From an uncultured Verrucomicrobiota bacterium (GTDB lineage Bacteria; Verrucomicrobiota; Verrucomicrobiia; Limisphaerales; UBA9464), in contig CAIWAH010000256.1 in NCBI GenBank assembly GCA_903910585.1, forward strand, positions 7,207 through 71,206: 64,000 nucleotides of DNA, read 5' to 3'. A model generated the notes under the pieces. That model was given only the letters and a program-made list of their open reading frames with translations. It did no database searches and was not told the DNA's origin. Every line of letters starts with the position of its first letter. Within the stretch, counting starts at the first letter, position 1. The translations under genes and the position numbers were made by a program. This document shows positions 1 through 13,373 of this stretch, piece by piece.

Positions 1-1615
1 CAGCGCGGCGGTGATCATCAGCTTTGTCGCTTACTTCAATCCGGCATCCCGACTGGAGGCCGGACGTGGCTCCACCTACGGCACCATTGACGGCAAACCG
101 CTGCGGCGGGACATGCTGGTGGACGCCAGCCGGCTGGCCCAGCTCGGGGGCTATCTGCGCCTCGGCGAAGGTTACGACAGCGCCGAAGGCAAGCAGCAGG
201 GCTTCGATCTCAATCAGGACACCTACATCAACGTGCTGCTCCTCCAGCGGGCCAAGGATCTGGGGATCGAAGTTGGCGACGCCTCCATCGCCGCCTGGAT
301 CCGCGAGAATCTCCGCGACGAAAAGGGGCCAGTCGCCTACCAGGCGTTCCTCGAAAACCGGCTGAACCCGTCGAAGGACCGTTTCACCGAAACCGAGTTC
401 ATCGACTGGGTTCGCATTCAGGTCATCCGCGGCCACCTCGCCGACCTCGCCGGCGTGACCGGTGACCTCGTGACGCCCCGGGAAGCGACCGCGAATTTCC
501 AGCGTCAGAACGAGACCTTCGTCGTGAGCTTCGCCCACTTCTCCTCCTCGAACTACCTTTCCGCCGTCAGCCTCGACCCGGCGGCGATCAGCTCCTTCTA
601 CAGCAACCGGCTCGCGGTTTACCGCATCCCCGAGCGGCATGTGCTGAGCTACGTCCGGTTCGCCACCGCTGACTTCACCGCCCAGGCGGCGGGTGAACTG
701 GCCAAAATCGCCGACCTCACGAACCGTCTGGAGCAGATTTATGCCCAGCGCGGCGCCGCCGGCTTCACCGACGCCATGGGGCAACCCCTGACCAAGCCGG
801 CCGCCCTGGAACAGCTCCGGGGTGACCTGCTCACCAACCAGGCCATCTCGCTGGCCACCGCCAAGGCCAATGAGTTCGCCAATGCGGTTTACCGCCAGAA
901 GCCGATGCAGGTGGCCAACTTCATCAACGAGGCGCTCAACCGGAAGCTGGCCGTCGCGAACACCGAGCCCTTTGCCGAAAACAACCGGCCCGCCGGACTT
1001 GAGGACATCTTCACCCTCGGCCAGGAAGTCGCCAAACTGACCCCGGAACGTCCGTTCACGCTGCCGATGCGCGGCGCGCAGGGCGTGGTCGTGGCCGCCC
1101 TGACCCGCAGCGTGCCCAGCGAAGTGCCGTCCTTTGCCACCGTGCAGACGCGAGTGACCGAGGACTATCGGCGGTTCAAGGCACAGGAAGCCGCCCGCGC
1201 CGCCGGCGAGGCGTTCGCCACCGCCGTCACCAACGGCATCGCGCAGGGCAAGGCCTTCGCCGCGATTGCCGCCGAGCGAAATGTCACCATCACGGAACTC
1301 GCTCCCTTCACCATCTCGGGACCGACAATTCCGGGGCTCGATCCACGCCTCAGTCCCAACACCATCAAGAGCGCCGTGTTCCAGCTCAAGGCCGGTTCCG
1401 CCAGCACCTTCCAGCCGGCCGGCGACGGCGGCCTGGTGGCGTTCCTGAAGGAGCGCCGCGCCGTGGACGATGCCACCGTGAAGGCCGGCATGAATTCGTT
1501 CCTTGAAGAGCAGCGGGGCCAGAGGAAGTCGCTCGCCTTTCAGGAATGGATCAACCGCGAACTCGTGAAGTCAGGCCTGTCGGCCCTGATGAAGACCGAC
1601 ACCGCGGAGCAGTGA
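1..1615 (+). CDS. PpiD-like periplasmic chaperone (SurA-N/PpiD family), C-terminal part; 5' end outside the window
   Basis: The frame is open from the window edge (the track start at 11 is a GTG). The C-terminal segment '...AVFQLKAGSASTFQPAGDGGLVAFLKERR...EWINREL' is typical of PpiD-type proteins. Recognition is from memory only. Confidence 0.5.
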   Translation, partial: SAAVIISFVAYFNPASRLEAGRGSTYGTIDGKPLRRDMLVDASRLAQLGGYLRLGEGYDSAEGKQQGFDLNQDTYINVLLLQRAKDLGIEVGDASIAAWIRENLRDEKGPVAYQAFLENRLNPSKDRFTETEFIDWVRIQVIRGHLADLAGVTGDLVTPREATANFQRQNETFVVSFAHFSSSNYLSAVSLDPAAISSFYSNRLAVYRIPERHVLSYVRFATADFTAQAAGELAKIADLTNRLEQIYAQRGAAGFTDAMGQPLTKPAALEQLRGDLLTNQAISLATAKANEFANAVYRQKPMQVANFINEALNRKLAVANTEPFAENNRPAGLEDIFTLGQEVAKLTPERPFTLPMRGAQGVVVAALTRSVPSEVPSFATVQTRVTEDYRRFKAQEAARAAGEAFATAVTNGIAQGKAFAAIAAERNVTITELAPFTISGPTIPGLDPRLSPNTIKSAVFQLKAGSASTFQPAGDGGLVAFLKERRAVDDATVKAGMNSFLEEQRGQRKSLAFQEWINRELVKSGLSALMKTDTAEQ

Positions 1616-1622
1616 CCGGCCG

Positions 1623-2432
1623 ATGAAGACCGCGCTGCCGGTGATCCGCCTTTCGGCACCGGCCACCGGAGAGTCGTGGGCGGTGCCCGTGGTTTACGAG
1701 GACGCCGCCCTGCTGGTGCTCGACAAGCCCGCCTGCCTCCTGTCCTGCCCCGACCGTTGGGACGCCAAACGCCCCAACCTGATGCGCCTGCTGCATGACG
1801 GAATCGCCGGCGGGAAGACGTGGGCCACGGAGCGTGGACTCGACTACGTGGCCAACGCCCACCGGCTGGACTTCGAGACCACGGGGGTGTTCGTGCTGGC
1901 GAAGACCCGGCCGGCGCTCATCCGCCTCGCCAACCACTTCGGTTCGGAAACGCCGAAGAAAACCTATCTGGCCCTGGTGCAGGGCAGTCCGGAGAAAGAT
2001 GAATTCTCGGTCGAGAACCGGCTCGCCCCCCACTGGTCAAAGCCGGGACTGATGGCCATCAGCGGTCAGGGGAAAAGATCGCTCACGCACTTCCGGGTGG
2101 CCGAGCGGTTTGCGGGTTGTGCGCTCATGGAATGCCGGCCGGTGACCGGGCGCACTCACCAGATTCGCATCCATCTCCAGGACGTCGGCCTGCCGATCTA
2201 CGGCGATTCCCAATACGGCGGACAGCCCCTGCTGCTTTCCCGCCTCAAGCGCAATTACCGGCTCGCCCCGGGTGAAACGGAAACGCCGCTGGTCCGCACG
2301 TTGGCCCTGCACGCGTGGAGACTCGAAATCCCGCATCCGGACACCGGGGAGATGCTGCACGTGGAGGCACCGCTGCCGAAGCCGTTCGAGGTGGCCCTCA
2401 GAAACCTCCGCCGCTTCGCCAGTCGGGCCTGA
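1623..2432 (+). CDS. RluA-family pseudouridine synthase
   Basis: ATG at 1623. Catalytic motif 'HRLDFETTGVFVLAKT' and 'GRTHQIRIHL' are present. Confidence 0.9.
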   Translation: MKTALPVIRLSAPATGESWAVPVVYEDAALLVLDKPACLLSCPDRWDAKRPNLMRLLHDGIAGGKTWATERGLDYVANAHRLDFETTGVFVLAKTRPALIRLANHFGSETPKKTYLALVQGSPEKDEFSVENRLAPHWSKPGLMAISGQGKRSLTHFRVAERFAGCALMECRPVTGRTHQIRIHLQDVGLPIYGDSQYGGQPLLLSRLKRNYRLAPGETETPLVRTLALHAWRLEIPHPDTGEMLHVEAPLPKPFEVALRNLRRFASRA

Positions 2433-2433
2433 C

Positions 2434-3039
2434 TCACTTCTTCCAGCCCAGATGAATCGTCTGGGTCAGCCGGGAGAACAGCCCCTTCTTCGTCTGGTTG
2501 GTGCCCGCGGCGCCAGCCAGGGGACGGCACTTGGCATTGCAGTCCGGACAGAACAGGAGCAGTCCGGCCTTGCCGCCGGAGAGTTTCACCGCCCGCAGGG
2601 AGGCCGCGTTGAAGATCCCCGGACACCGGGCCACCGCGTGACAGCCATCGGAAGCCTCATGGGTGGCAGGCAAGGTGGGACTCCGGGAACACGCCGGCCG
2701 GCCATCCGGCAACACGGCAGCGACGCCGGCAGGTTTCGCGGTGTCCTCGACCGGAACGTCCGGAACTGAAATCTGGATGGACTTTGCCACCAGGCGAAAA
2801 TCCACGGAGCCCACCTGCAACGCCTGCCCGGGAGCCAAGTTGCATTCCTCGACCGGACTCCCATCCACAAAGGTTCCGTTCGTGGACTGCAGATCGCGGA
2901 CGACCACCCCGGCCCCGTCCTCCAGCACCGTCAGCTCCGCGTGGAAGCTGGAGACGCTCGCCTCGCGGATGCAGAAGTCGTTCGTCGGATTGCGACCCAC
3001 CGTGTTGAGCCCCGTCCGCAATTCGAACTCCAACGGCAT
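2434..3039 (-). CDS. FHA-domain protein with Cys-rich (zinc-ribbon-like) C-terminus
   Basis: Internal ATG at 3039 (MPLEFEL...); an alternative ATG is at 3069. FHA signature 'GRNPTNDFCI..SVSSFHAEL....RDLQSTNGTFVDG'. C-terminal 'C..ARCPG....CPDCNAKC'. The upstream 115 aa of the track ORF overlap the divergent gene and look spurious. Confidence 0.8.
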   Translation of the reverse strand: MPLEFELRTGLNTVGRNPTNDFCIREASVSSFHAELTVLEDGAGVVVRDLQSTNGTFVDGSPVEECNLAPGQALQVGSVDFRLVAKSIQISVPDVPVEDTAKPAGVAAVLPDGRPACSRSPTLPATHEASDGCHAVARCPGIFNAASLRAVKLSGGKAGLLLFCPDCNAKCRPLAGAAGTNQTKKGLFSRLTQTIHLGWKK

Positions 3040-3262
3040 CGTCACACCTTTGAGCTGGTAACAGATCATGATTGGGCGGCCCGACCGGGAACCTCCTTTG
3101 GCAATACTTCGGCGCCCGCTTCGGTGTCGAGCGTTTCGCCAGAAAATGACAGCCGGGCCACTGCAATTGGTTACAGGACGGCAACTTCGCACTCCTGCCC
3201 CGATTGCGGCAGCCGCGCCTCCGGCCTTGGCGGAGCCACTTGCCTGGGGTTGCATCCGTCCA

Positions 3263-6157
<2,895 letters not shown>

Positions 6158-6178
6158 GCGCGCTGTCGTCGAAATTGG

Positions 6179-6239
6179 GTAGCATCCGGCGTGAGCCGGA
6201 TCTGACCTTCAAAATGATCCGGCTCACGCCGGATGCTAC
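6179..6239. repeat. Perfect 24-bp inverted repeat (stem-loop) in the DUF1553-DUF1501 intergenic spacer
   Basis: GTAGCATCCGGCGTGAGCCGGATC (6179-6202) and its exact reverse complement GATCCGGCTCACGCCGGATGCTAC (6216-6239) are separated by a 13-nt A/T-richer loop, TGACCTTCAAAAT. Confidence 0.85.
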
Positions 6240-6269
6240 GAACATGGTGGGCGTCACGTAAGGTGCTGC

Positions 6270-7769
6270 ATGAACTCTCCTTTTTCATATTCCAATCCGC
6301 TGCTCAATCGCCGCCGCTTCCTCTCCGACGCCGGGATTGGGCTGGGCGCCATTGCGCTCACGTCGTTGCTGGGACGCCATGGTTTGCTCGCCGCGAATCT
6401 GGCAGGGAAAGAATCCATCCGTCCCGTCATTCGGCCCGGCAGCCCGTATGCGGCGCGGCAGCCGCACTTCACGCCGAAGGCGAAGAACGTGCTCGTCATT
6501 TTTTCCAGCGGCGGATGCAGTCATCTCGACACGTTCGATTACAAGCCGGAGTTGATCCGGCGTCACGGCCAGCCGATGCCGGGCAACGAAAAGCTCATCA
6601 CCTTCCAGGGCGAACAGGGCGCGTTGACGAAGAGCCCGTGGGAGTTCCGTCCGCGCGGCCAGTGCGGGAAGATGGTTTCGGATCTCGTGCCGCACCTCGG
6701 CGCGCTGGTGGACGACATGGCGTTCATCCACTCGATGCAGGGCAAGACGAACACGCACGGGCCGGGCGAGAACTTCATGTCCACCTGCAACACGCTCGAC
6801 GGTTTTCCGAGCATGGGCGCGTGGTTGACGTATGCGCTCGGCAGCGAAGACCAGAGCCTGCCCGCGTATGTGGCAATTCCCGATCCGCGCGGCAAGCCGC
6901 AGAACAGCGTGAACAACTGGGGACCGGGCTTTCTGCCGGCGGCGTTTCAGGGCACCGAGTTCAACGCAACGAACCCGATTCGCAATCTCGCACGACCGGG
7001 CTCCATTCCGGCGAAGAGCGACGCAGCGACGCGCGGCTTCCTGCAGAAGTTGAACGAACAACACGCAGCGCGTTTCCCCGGCGACAGCGAACTGGCCGCG
7101 CGCATCGCGAGCTACGAATTGGCGGCACGGATGCAGCTCACCGTGCCCGAGGTCGCGGATCTTTCCAGCGAGCCGGCGCACATTCTCAAGCTCTACGGCG
7201 CGGACGAAGGTGGCTCGAAGATTAACGACATACGCGCGGCGTATGCGAGGAACTGCATTCTCGCGCGGCGGCTCCTCGAGAAGGGCGTGCGCTTTGTGCA
7301 GCTCTTCAACGGCGCGTATCAAACCGGCGGTGAAGGCGTGAGCAACTGGGATGGTCACAAGCAGCTCTTCAAGGACTACAGCGTCCACGGTCCGGTGCTC
7401 GACAAGCCAACGGCGGGATTGCTCATCGATCTCAAGCAACGCGGACTGCTGGAGAACACGCTCGTCGTCTGGTGCACGGAGTTTGGCCGCATGCCGACCT
7501 TCCAAAAGGGCGCGCAAGGCCGCGACCACAACCCGAGCGGCTTTACATGCTGGCTGGCCGGCGCAGGCGTGAAGAAAGGCGTGAGCTACGGTGCGACGGA
7601 CGAGTTCGGCTACAAGTCAGTCGAGAACATCGTCTCGGTTTACGATCTGCACGCAACCGTGCTGCACCTGCTCGGTCTCGATCACGAGCGCCTGACCTAT
7701 TACCACAACGGCCTGGAACGTCGTCTTACCGACGTGCATGGGCACGTCGTGCGGGACATTCTCACATGA
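6270..7769 (+). CDS. DUF1501 (sulfatase-fold) protein with Tat-type signal
   Basis: ATG at 6270. Twin-arginine signal '[18 protein letters not shown]'. Typical DUF1501 blocks '[14 protein letters not shown]', 'WDGH' and '[21 protein letters not shown]' are present. Confidence 0.9.
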   Translation: MNSPFSYSNPLLNRRRFLSDAGIGLGAIALTSLLGRHGLLAANLAGKESIRPVIRPGSPYAARQPHFTPKAKNVLVIFSSGGCSHLDTFDYKPELIRRHGQPMPGNEKLITFQGEQGALTKSPWEFRPRGQCGKMVSDLVPHLGALVDDMAFIHSMQGKTNTHGPGENFMSTCNTLDGFPSMGAWLTYALGSEDQSLPAYVAIPDPRGKPQNSVNNWGPGFLPAAFQGTEFNATNPIRNLARPGSIPAKSDAATRGFLQKLNEQHAARFPGDSELAARIASYELAARMQLTVPEVADLSSEPAHILKLYGADEGGSKINDIRAAYARNCILARRLLEKGVRFVQLFNGAYQTGGEGVSNWDGHKQLFKDYSVHGPVLDKPTAGLLIDLKQRGLLENTLVVWCTEFGRMPTFQKGAQGRDHNPSGFTCWLAGAGVKKGVSYGATDEFGYKSVENIVSVYDLHATVLHLLGLDHERLTYYHNGLERRLTDVHGHVVRDILT

Positions 7770-9379
7770 ACTCCGTGCACCGCTGGTGGCTGCTCCTCTG
7801 GGTCGGCTGGATGGTCTTGAATCCGAGCCGAGCCGCGGAAGAACGACGGCCAAACTTTCTCGTCATCCTTGCGGACGACCTCGGCTTCTCGGATCTCGGC
7901 TGTTACGGCGGCGAGATCGCCACGCCGAATCTCGACCGGCTGGCGGCCCACGGTCTGCGCTTCACCCAGTTCTACAACACCGCGCGGTGCTGGCCCACCC
8001 GCGGCGCCCTGTTGACCGGCTATTACCCGCAGTCCATCCGTCGGGACGCGCTGCCGAACGGCAAGGGCGGTGGCAGTGGTCAGCGCCCGGCCTGGGCCCG
8101 CCTGCTGCCGGAGCACCTCCGACGCCTTGGTTATCGCAGCTACCACTCCGGCAAGTGGCACGTGGACGGCGCCCGGCTCGCGGGAGGATTCGACCGCTCG
8201 TATTCGCTGGAGGATCACGACCGGAACTTCAATCCGGCCCATCATCTTGAAGATGACCGCAAACTGCCACCGGTCGCCCGCGACAGCGGCTACTATTCCA
8301 CCACCGCCATCGCCGACCACGCGATCCGTTGCCTTCAGGAACACGCCACAAATCACTCAGCGCAGCCGTTCTTTCAGTATCTCGCCTTCACGGTGCCGCA
8401 CTTTCCCCTGCAGGCGCCCCCGGCGGACATCGCCCGCTATCAGGACCGATATCTCCTCGGCTGGGATCGGCTTCGCGAAGAAAGGGTCCGCAAGGTCCGC
8501 GCCCTAGGATTGGTCCGCGGCGCGCTGCCGTCACCGGAACCCGAGGTCTATCCTCCGTGGAATCCGACTGAGGCGATCCTCCAGGAACGCATCGGCCCCG
8601 GCGAAGTGGCGCGAGCGGTTCCATGGAACTCACTGCCCCCAGAACAGCAGCGCTTCCAGTCAGGCAAGATGGCGGTCCACGCCGCGATGGTGGACCGAAT
8701 GGACCGGGAGATCGGGCGAGTGCTTGATCAACTCCGGACGATGGAGGCGTTCCGCGACACTGTGATCGTCTTCCTGTCCGACAACGGCGCGAGCGCCGAA
8801 CAGATCATTCGCGGCGACGGCCACGACCCCGCCGCGGCCCCGGGCTCGGCCGGCAGTTATCTGGGACTTGGCCCGGGCTGGTCCAGCGCTGCCAATGCGC
8901 CCTTCCGCAAACACAAGTCGTGGGTTCACGAGGGCGGCATCGCCACCCCATTCATCGTCCACTGGCCCGGCGGAATTTCCCGTGCGGGCCTGCGGCGCAC
9001 CCCGGCCCACGTGGTGGACCTCGCTCCCACGTTGCTCGCGCTCGCGGGCGGCTCCTGGCCAACCGAATGGCAGGGAACTCCGGTTCCGCCCCCGCACGGA
9101 ATCAGCCTCGTGCCCGCCCTCCGGCGGGACCGGACGCTGGAACGCGACAGCCTGTGGTGGCTGCACGAAGGCCACCGGGCAATCCGTGTCGGCGACTGCA
9201 AGCTGGTTGCGTCCAAGTCCGGCACCACAGTCGGCCCCTGGGAACTATACGATCTCGCGCACGACCGCACCGAATCCCGCGACCTCGCCGGACGCCATCC
9301 TGACCGGGTGCGCGCGCTGGCCGAACAGTGGGAACAGCACACCGCCGAGTTCGAACGCCTTGCCTCAACCCCGCCATGA
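7766..9379 (+). CDS. Arylsulfatase (formylglycine-dependent)
   Basis: ATG at 7766 overlaps the DUF1501 stop (ATGA). Signal peptide, then '[20 protein letters not shown]' and the FGly motif '[12 protein letters not shown]'. The first 98 aa of the track ORF overlap the DUF1501 gene and are rejected. Confidence 0.9.
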   Translation: MNSVHRWWLLLWVGWMVLNPSRAAEERRPNFLVILADDLGFSDLGCYGGEIATPNLDRLAAHGLRFTQFYNTARCWPTRGALLTGYYPQSIRRDALPNGKGGGSGQRPAWARLLPEHLRRLGYRSYHSGKWHVDGARLAGGFDRSYSLEDHDRNFNPAHHLEDDRKLPPVARDSGYYSTTAIADHAIRCLQEHATNHSAQPFFQYLAFTVPHFPLQAPPADIARYQDRYLLGWDRLREERVRKVRALGLVRGALPSPEPEVYPPWNPTEAILQERIGPGEVARAVPWNSLPPEQQRFQSGKMAVHAAMVDRMDREIGRVLDQLRTMEAFRDTVIVFLSDNGASAEQIIRGDGHDPAAAPGSAGSYLGLGPGWSSAANAPFRKHKSWVHEGGIATPFIVHWPGGISRAGLRRTPAHVVDLAPTLLALAGGSWPTEWQGTPVPPPHGISLVPALRRDRTLERDSLWWLHEGHRAIRVGDCKLVASKSGTTVGPWELYDLAHDRTESRDLAGRHPDRVRALAEQWEQHTAEFERLASTPP

Positions 9380-10878
9380 ACCCGAACCTCCTGTTTGCCC
9401 TTCTCCTGACCACCCTTGGTCTGACGACTGCGGCAGCCGCTCCCCGTCCCCCAAACATCGTTTGGCTGGTGACCGAGGACATGTCCCCGCACCTGGGCTG
9501 CTACGGCGAGCGGAACATCCGGACACCAAATCTCGACCGCCTCGCCGCCGCGGGCACGCGCTTCTCCCGGGCGTTCACCACCGCGCCAATCTGTTCCACC
9601 AGCCGGTCTGCCCTGATCACCGGAATGTATCAGACCACCATCGGTGCGCATCACCACCGCTCCAGCCGGGGAACGCAACACCTCCAGCTTCCGCCGGGAA
9701 CGGTTCCCTTGCCGGCCAGGTTCCGGGAAGCCGGTTACCTGACGCTCAACCTCACCGCGGAGGAGTTCCTCCGCACTCGGGCGGACGGTCAGCCCGCCCA
9801 ACCGGTCGGCGTCGCCAAGACCGATTACAACTTTGACTGGGACGAGGGCATCTACGATCGCACCCATTGGGCCGACCGGCCGGCCGGCCAGCCCTTCTTC
9901 GTCCAAGTGCAACTGGCGGGCGGAAAACTCCGTGGACACGGTCAGGGAACCAATTGGCCCGCCCAGGTCACGCGCACGCTTGGCGGGCGCACGCCCCCCG
10001 CCGCCGTCGTGTTGCCGCCCAATCTCCCCGACCACCCGGTGATCCGGGAGGATTGGGCCCAATATCTCGATACCGTGCGCTTCACGGACTGGCAGGTTGG
10101 CCAGATCGTCGAACGGTTGCGGGCGGCGGATGAACTGGACCGGACGGTCATCTGCTTCCTGACCGACCACGGTGTCAGCCACGTGCGCCACAAGCAGTTT
10201 CTCTACGATGGCGGGACTCACATCCCGCTGATTCTGAGCGGGCCCGGAATCACCAAAGGCGTGGTGCGGAGTGACCTGATCGAGCACATTGACCTTGCCG
10301 CCGCATCCCTCGGTCTCGCCGGCATCCCGTTGCCCGCCACCCTGCAGGCCCGGGATTTTCTGTCGGCCGGACACGTTGTCCGTTCGGCGGTGTTTTCCGC
10401 CCGCGATCGGGCGGACGAAACCGAGGACCGCATCCGGAGCCTGCGCACCGCCCAGTTCAAATACATCCGCAACCACCGTCCGCAGCGCCCCATGCTCCAG
10501 CCGAATGCCTACAAGGACGCCAAACCCATCGTCCAGGCTCTCCGGCAGCTCCACGCCGACGGCGCTCTTCCTCCCGCCCTCAGCCAGCTGTTCGCGGCGC
10601 AACGGCCCGCCGAGGAACTTTACGATCTGCAGAACGATCCCTTCGAGCTGCACAATCTGGCCGGCGATACCGCCCGGGAAGGCGTGCTCGTCGCGCTGCG
10701 GTCCCGCCTCGCGGACTGGGAATCCCAAACCGGTGACCGCGGCCGCGTGCCCGAATCCCGCGAGGCCTATGAAGGGGAGATGAACCTGAACCCCAAGGAG
10801 GCGGGCAACCTGACGGGCGATCCGCAGTTCTGGAAGAACGTCGAGTTGATGCGCCGTTGGCGCGCAGAAGGCCGCTGA
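9376..10878 (+). CDS. Sulfatase
   Basis: ATG at 9376 overlaps the previous stop (ATGA). Signal peptide, then 'PNIVWLVTEDMSPHLGCYG' and 'CSTSRSALITGMY'. Confidence 0.9.
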   Translation: MNPNLLFALLLTTLGLTTAAAAPRPPNIVWLVTEDMSPHLGCYGERNIRTPNLDRLAAAGTRFSRAFTTAPICSTSRSALITGMYQTTIGAHHHRSSRGTQHLQLPPGTVPLPARFREAGYLTLNLTAEEFLRTRADGQPAQPVGVAKTDYNFDWDEGIYDRTHWADRPAGQPFFVQVQLAGGKLRGHGQGTNWPAQVTRTLGGRTPPAAVVLPPNLPDHPVIREDWAQYLDTVRFTDWQVGQIVERLRAADELDRTVICFLTDHGVSHVRHKQFLYDGGTHIPLILSGPGITKGVVRSDLIEHIDLAAASLGLAGIPLPATLQARDFLSAGHVVRSAVFSARDRADETEDRIRSLRTAQFKYIRNHRPQRPMLQPNAYKDAKPIVQALRQLHADGALPPALSQLFAAQRPAEELYDLQNDPFELHNLAGDTAREGVLVALRSRLADWESQTGDRGRVPESREAYEGEMNLNPKEAGNLTGDPQFWKNVELMRRWRAEGR

Positions 10879-10923
10879 AGTCCGGACTTCGCACGCGGCA
10901 GACTCCGCCATAGGCTATTGGCC

Positions 10924-12483
10924 ATGCTCTCCCGTCTCCTGCTTCGCCTCGCCCTCACCCTGGGCATGGCCTCCCTCGCCGAGGCCGCGGCTCAGCGGCC
11001 GAACATCCTGTTCATCATGACGGATGACCATGCTGCCCACGCGATCGGCGCCTATGGCAGCAAGATCAACCAGACACCGCACATGGACCGGCTCGCGGCC
11101 CAGGGATTGCGCCTGAACCGCTGCTACGCGGTGAACTCCATCTGCACGCCCAGCCGCGCCACCATCCTCACGGGTCAATACAGTCATCGGAACGGCGTGC
11201 CGGTCTTCAACAACCTTGATCCCGCCAAGGTCACCGTGGCCCATCGTCTGCGCGAGGCCGGCTATTACACCGCAATGCTCGGCAAATGGCACCTCGGCTC
11301 CGATCCACAGGGCTTCGACGACTGGAACATCCTGCCCGGCCAGGGCCGCTACAACGATCCCGTGCTCTACGACCGCGACGGCCACCGCATCTACAAGGGC
11401 TACGCCACCGAGGTGATCACCGACCTCGCCATTGGCCTGTTGAAGAACCGGCCGAAGGACAAACCGTTCTTCCTCATGTGCCACCACAAGGCTCCGCACC
11501 GCGAATGGACGCCCAATGAACGCTACCGCCGGGAGTTCGCCACCAAGACGATTCCTGAACCCGCCACGTTGCGGGATAATTATGCCGGCCGCGCCGATGC
11601 CCTCCGCGAACAGAAGCAGTCCGTCTTCCACGACCTGACGCGCAACGACCTCAAGCTCGTGCCACCGCCGGAACTCAAGGGCGCCGAGCGTCAGCGCTGG
11701 CTGGGCGAAAAACCGACCGAGGTAACCATCGAGGTGAACGGTCAGAAAAAGATCCTGCGCGGCGAGGAGCTGAACCGCTGGAAATACCAGCGTTACCTTC
11801 AGGATTACCTGGGCTGCGTGCAGAGCGTGGACGACAGCGTGGGCAAGCTCATGGACTGGCTCGACGCCAACGGCCTCCGCGAGAACACGCTCGTCATCTA
11901 CACCAGCGACCAGGGCTTTTTTCTGGGCGACCACGGGCTCTACGACAAACGGTTCATGTATGAGCCCTCGGCACGCATGCCGTTCCTGGCCCGCTGGCCG
12001 GCGCAGATCAAGCCCGGCACGGTGACCGACGCGTTGGCGATCAACTGCGACTTCGCCGCCACGTTCCTCGACCTGGCCGGTGTCGCCGTTCCCGCGGAAA
12101 TGCAGGGCCGCAGCCTCGCCCCGTTGTTCACCGGCGGCACCCCGGCCAACTGGCGCCACGAATTCTACTACCGTTACTACCACGATCCCGGCCATCACGA
12201 CACCCGGGCGCACTACGGCATCCGGACCGACACCCACAAGCTGATCCATTACTGGAAGGCCGACCAATGGGAGCTGTTCGACCTGACGAAAGACCCCGAC
12301 GAGCTGAACAACCTCTACGGCACGCCGGCGGCACAACCGCTGATCGCGGACCTGAAGGCCCGGCTTTCGAAGCTGCAGCAGGATCTTGGCGACACGGGTC
12401 AGTTCACGCGCGAACTGCCACGCGACACGGTGGACGCCCGGCCGCGGCAGATGGACCGCAAACACCCCGACTCCCAGCTCTAG
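10924..12483 (+). CDS. Sulfatase (glucosamine/heparan-type N-terminal layout)
   Basis: The track start at 10918 is TTG; the first ATG is 10924. Signal peptide, then 'PNILFIMTDDHAAHAIGAYG' and 'CTPSRATILTGQY'. Confidence 0.9.
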   Translation: MLSRLLLRLALTLGMASLAEAAAQRPNILFIMTDDHAAHAIGAYGSKINQTPHMDRLAAQGLRLNRCYAVNSICTPSRATILTGQYSHRNGVPVFNNLDPAKVTVAHRLREAGYYTAMLGKWHLGSDPQGFDDWNILPGQGRYNDPVLYDRDGHRIYKGYATEVITDLAIGLLKNRPKDKPFFLMCHHKAPHREWTPNERYRREFATKTIPEPATLRDNYAGRADALREQKQSVFHDLTRNDLKLVPPPELKGAERQRWLGEKPTEVTIEVNGQKKILRGEELNRWKYQRYLQDYLGCVQSVDDSVGKLMDWLDANGLRENTLVIYTSDQGFFLGDHGLYDKRFMYEPSARMPFLARWPAQIKPGTVTDALAINCDFAATFLDLAGVAVPAEMQGRSLAPLFTGGTPANWRHEFYYRYYHDPGHHDTRAHYGIRTDTHKLIHYWKADQWELFDLTKDPDELNNLYGTPAAQPLIADLKARLSKLQQDLGDTGQFTRELPRDTVDARPRQMDRKHPDSQL

Positions 12484-12556
12484 CCGGATCGGCGGCTGGA
12501 AAGTGTCCCGCTGAAGTCCGATTGCCACTGAGGTCGGCGACCTCAGCCTCCGCGTC

Positions 12557-13354
12557 ATGAAATTGAACCGCACGGAAGGTCTGTTGCTGGGCATCATCGT
12601 TCTGAGCTGGGCCAGCCTGCCCCTGATTCTGCATTTCAGCGGTTCGGGGGCAGCCGGCGAACACACCGGAACGGTGATGGCGGTCGGCCTGCTGGTTGGC
12701 GCCGCGCTGGCCTTGGCCGTGGTGATGCGCGCCGCCCGCCGCCTCGCGTCCGTCGGCAACGCGATGCTGGGATCGCTCGGGTTTGTCCCGCAGCCCGTGG
12801 GCTCTGCCGAACTGGGTGAGTGGGTGCCGCCCGAGTTCCGGGGCCTGCCGGCCAAAATCGATGACTTCGCGATTCCCGGACACGGCCCGGACGTTCGGAA
12901 CATCTGGCGACGGTCAACGGCCACCGGCATCCGGTGGGTCTATCCGCTGAGGATTCAGGTGAACCCGGGTGGCCGCGGTGCCTGGGCCTTGACGGTGATG
13001 TGCGTGGAGATCCCGGACCGCTCCTGGCCGACCTTCTGGCTTCGCCCCAAGGGCATCTTTCCCCCCCGGTTGACTTCAGATGCCCCGGATCCGATCTGCT
13101 GGGGACGGGGCAGCGCCTTTGAGCGGCACTGGGAAGCGGTCGGGCAACATCCGGAGCAAATCATCGCGCTGCTTCGCGACGAAGTGCGCCGAGCCCTTGG
13201 CACTCCCAAGGCGCTTCGCTTTGCCATCCACGGCAACCGGCTTTTTCTCTACACGCCGGACGCCATGCTGCTGCCCGATACGTGCGCCGACTGGATCGCC
13301 GAAATGGAAGGACGGGCTGACAGGATTATCCCTACACTGCCTTCCGGAGCCTGA
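12557..13354 (+). CDS. Hypothetical membrane protein
   Basis: ATG start and GC3-biased codons. Two N-terminal hydrophobic helices are present. No family was recognised. Confidence 0.45.
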   Translation: MKLNRTEGLLLGIIVLSWASLPLILHFSGSGAAGEHTGTVMAVGLLVGAALALAVVMRAARRLASVGNAMLGSLGFVPQPVGSAELGEWVPPEFRGLPAKIDDFAIPGHGPDVRNIWRRSTATGIRWVYPLRIQVNPGGRGAWALTVMCVEIPDRSWPTFWLRPKGIFPPRLTSDAPDPICWGRGSAFERHWEAVGQHPEQIIALLRDEVRRALGTPKALRFAIHGNRLFLYTPDAMLLPDTCADWIAEMEGRADRIIPTLPSGA

Positions 13355-13373
13355 GCCTGCCTTTCACACCGGT

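Noticed and set aside
10872-12521. A 13-mer, CCGCTGAAGTCCG, present after two sulfatase genes (10872 and 12509). Small hairpins at 10877-10890 (GAAGTCCGGACTTC) and 12528-12546 were also noted.
   Set aside because: A 13-nt match is expected by chance many times in 64 kb of GC-biased DNA. The hairpins are short and lack U-tracts, so they are not callable as terminators.
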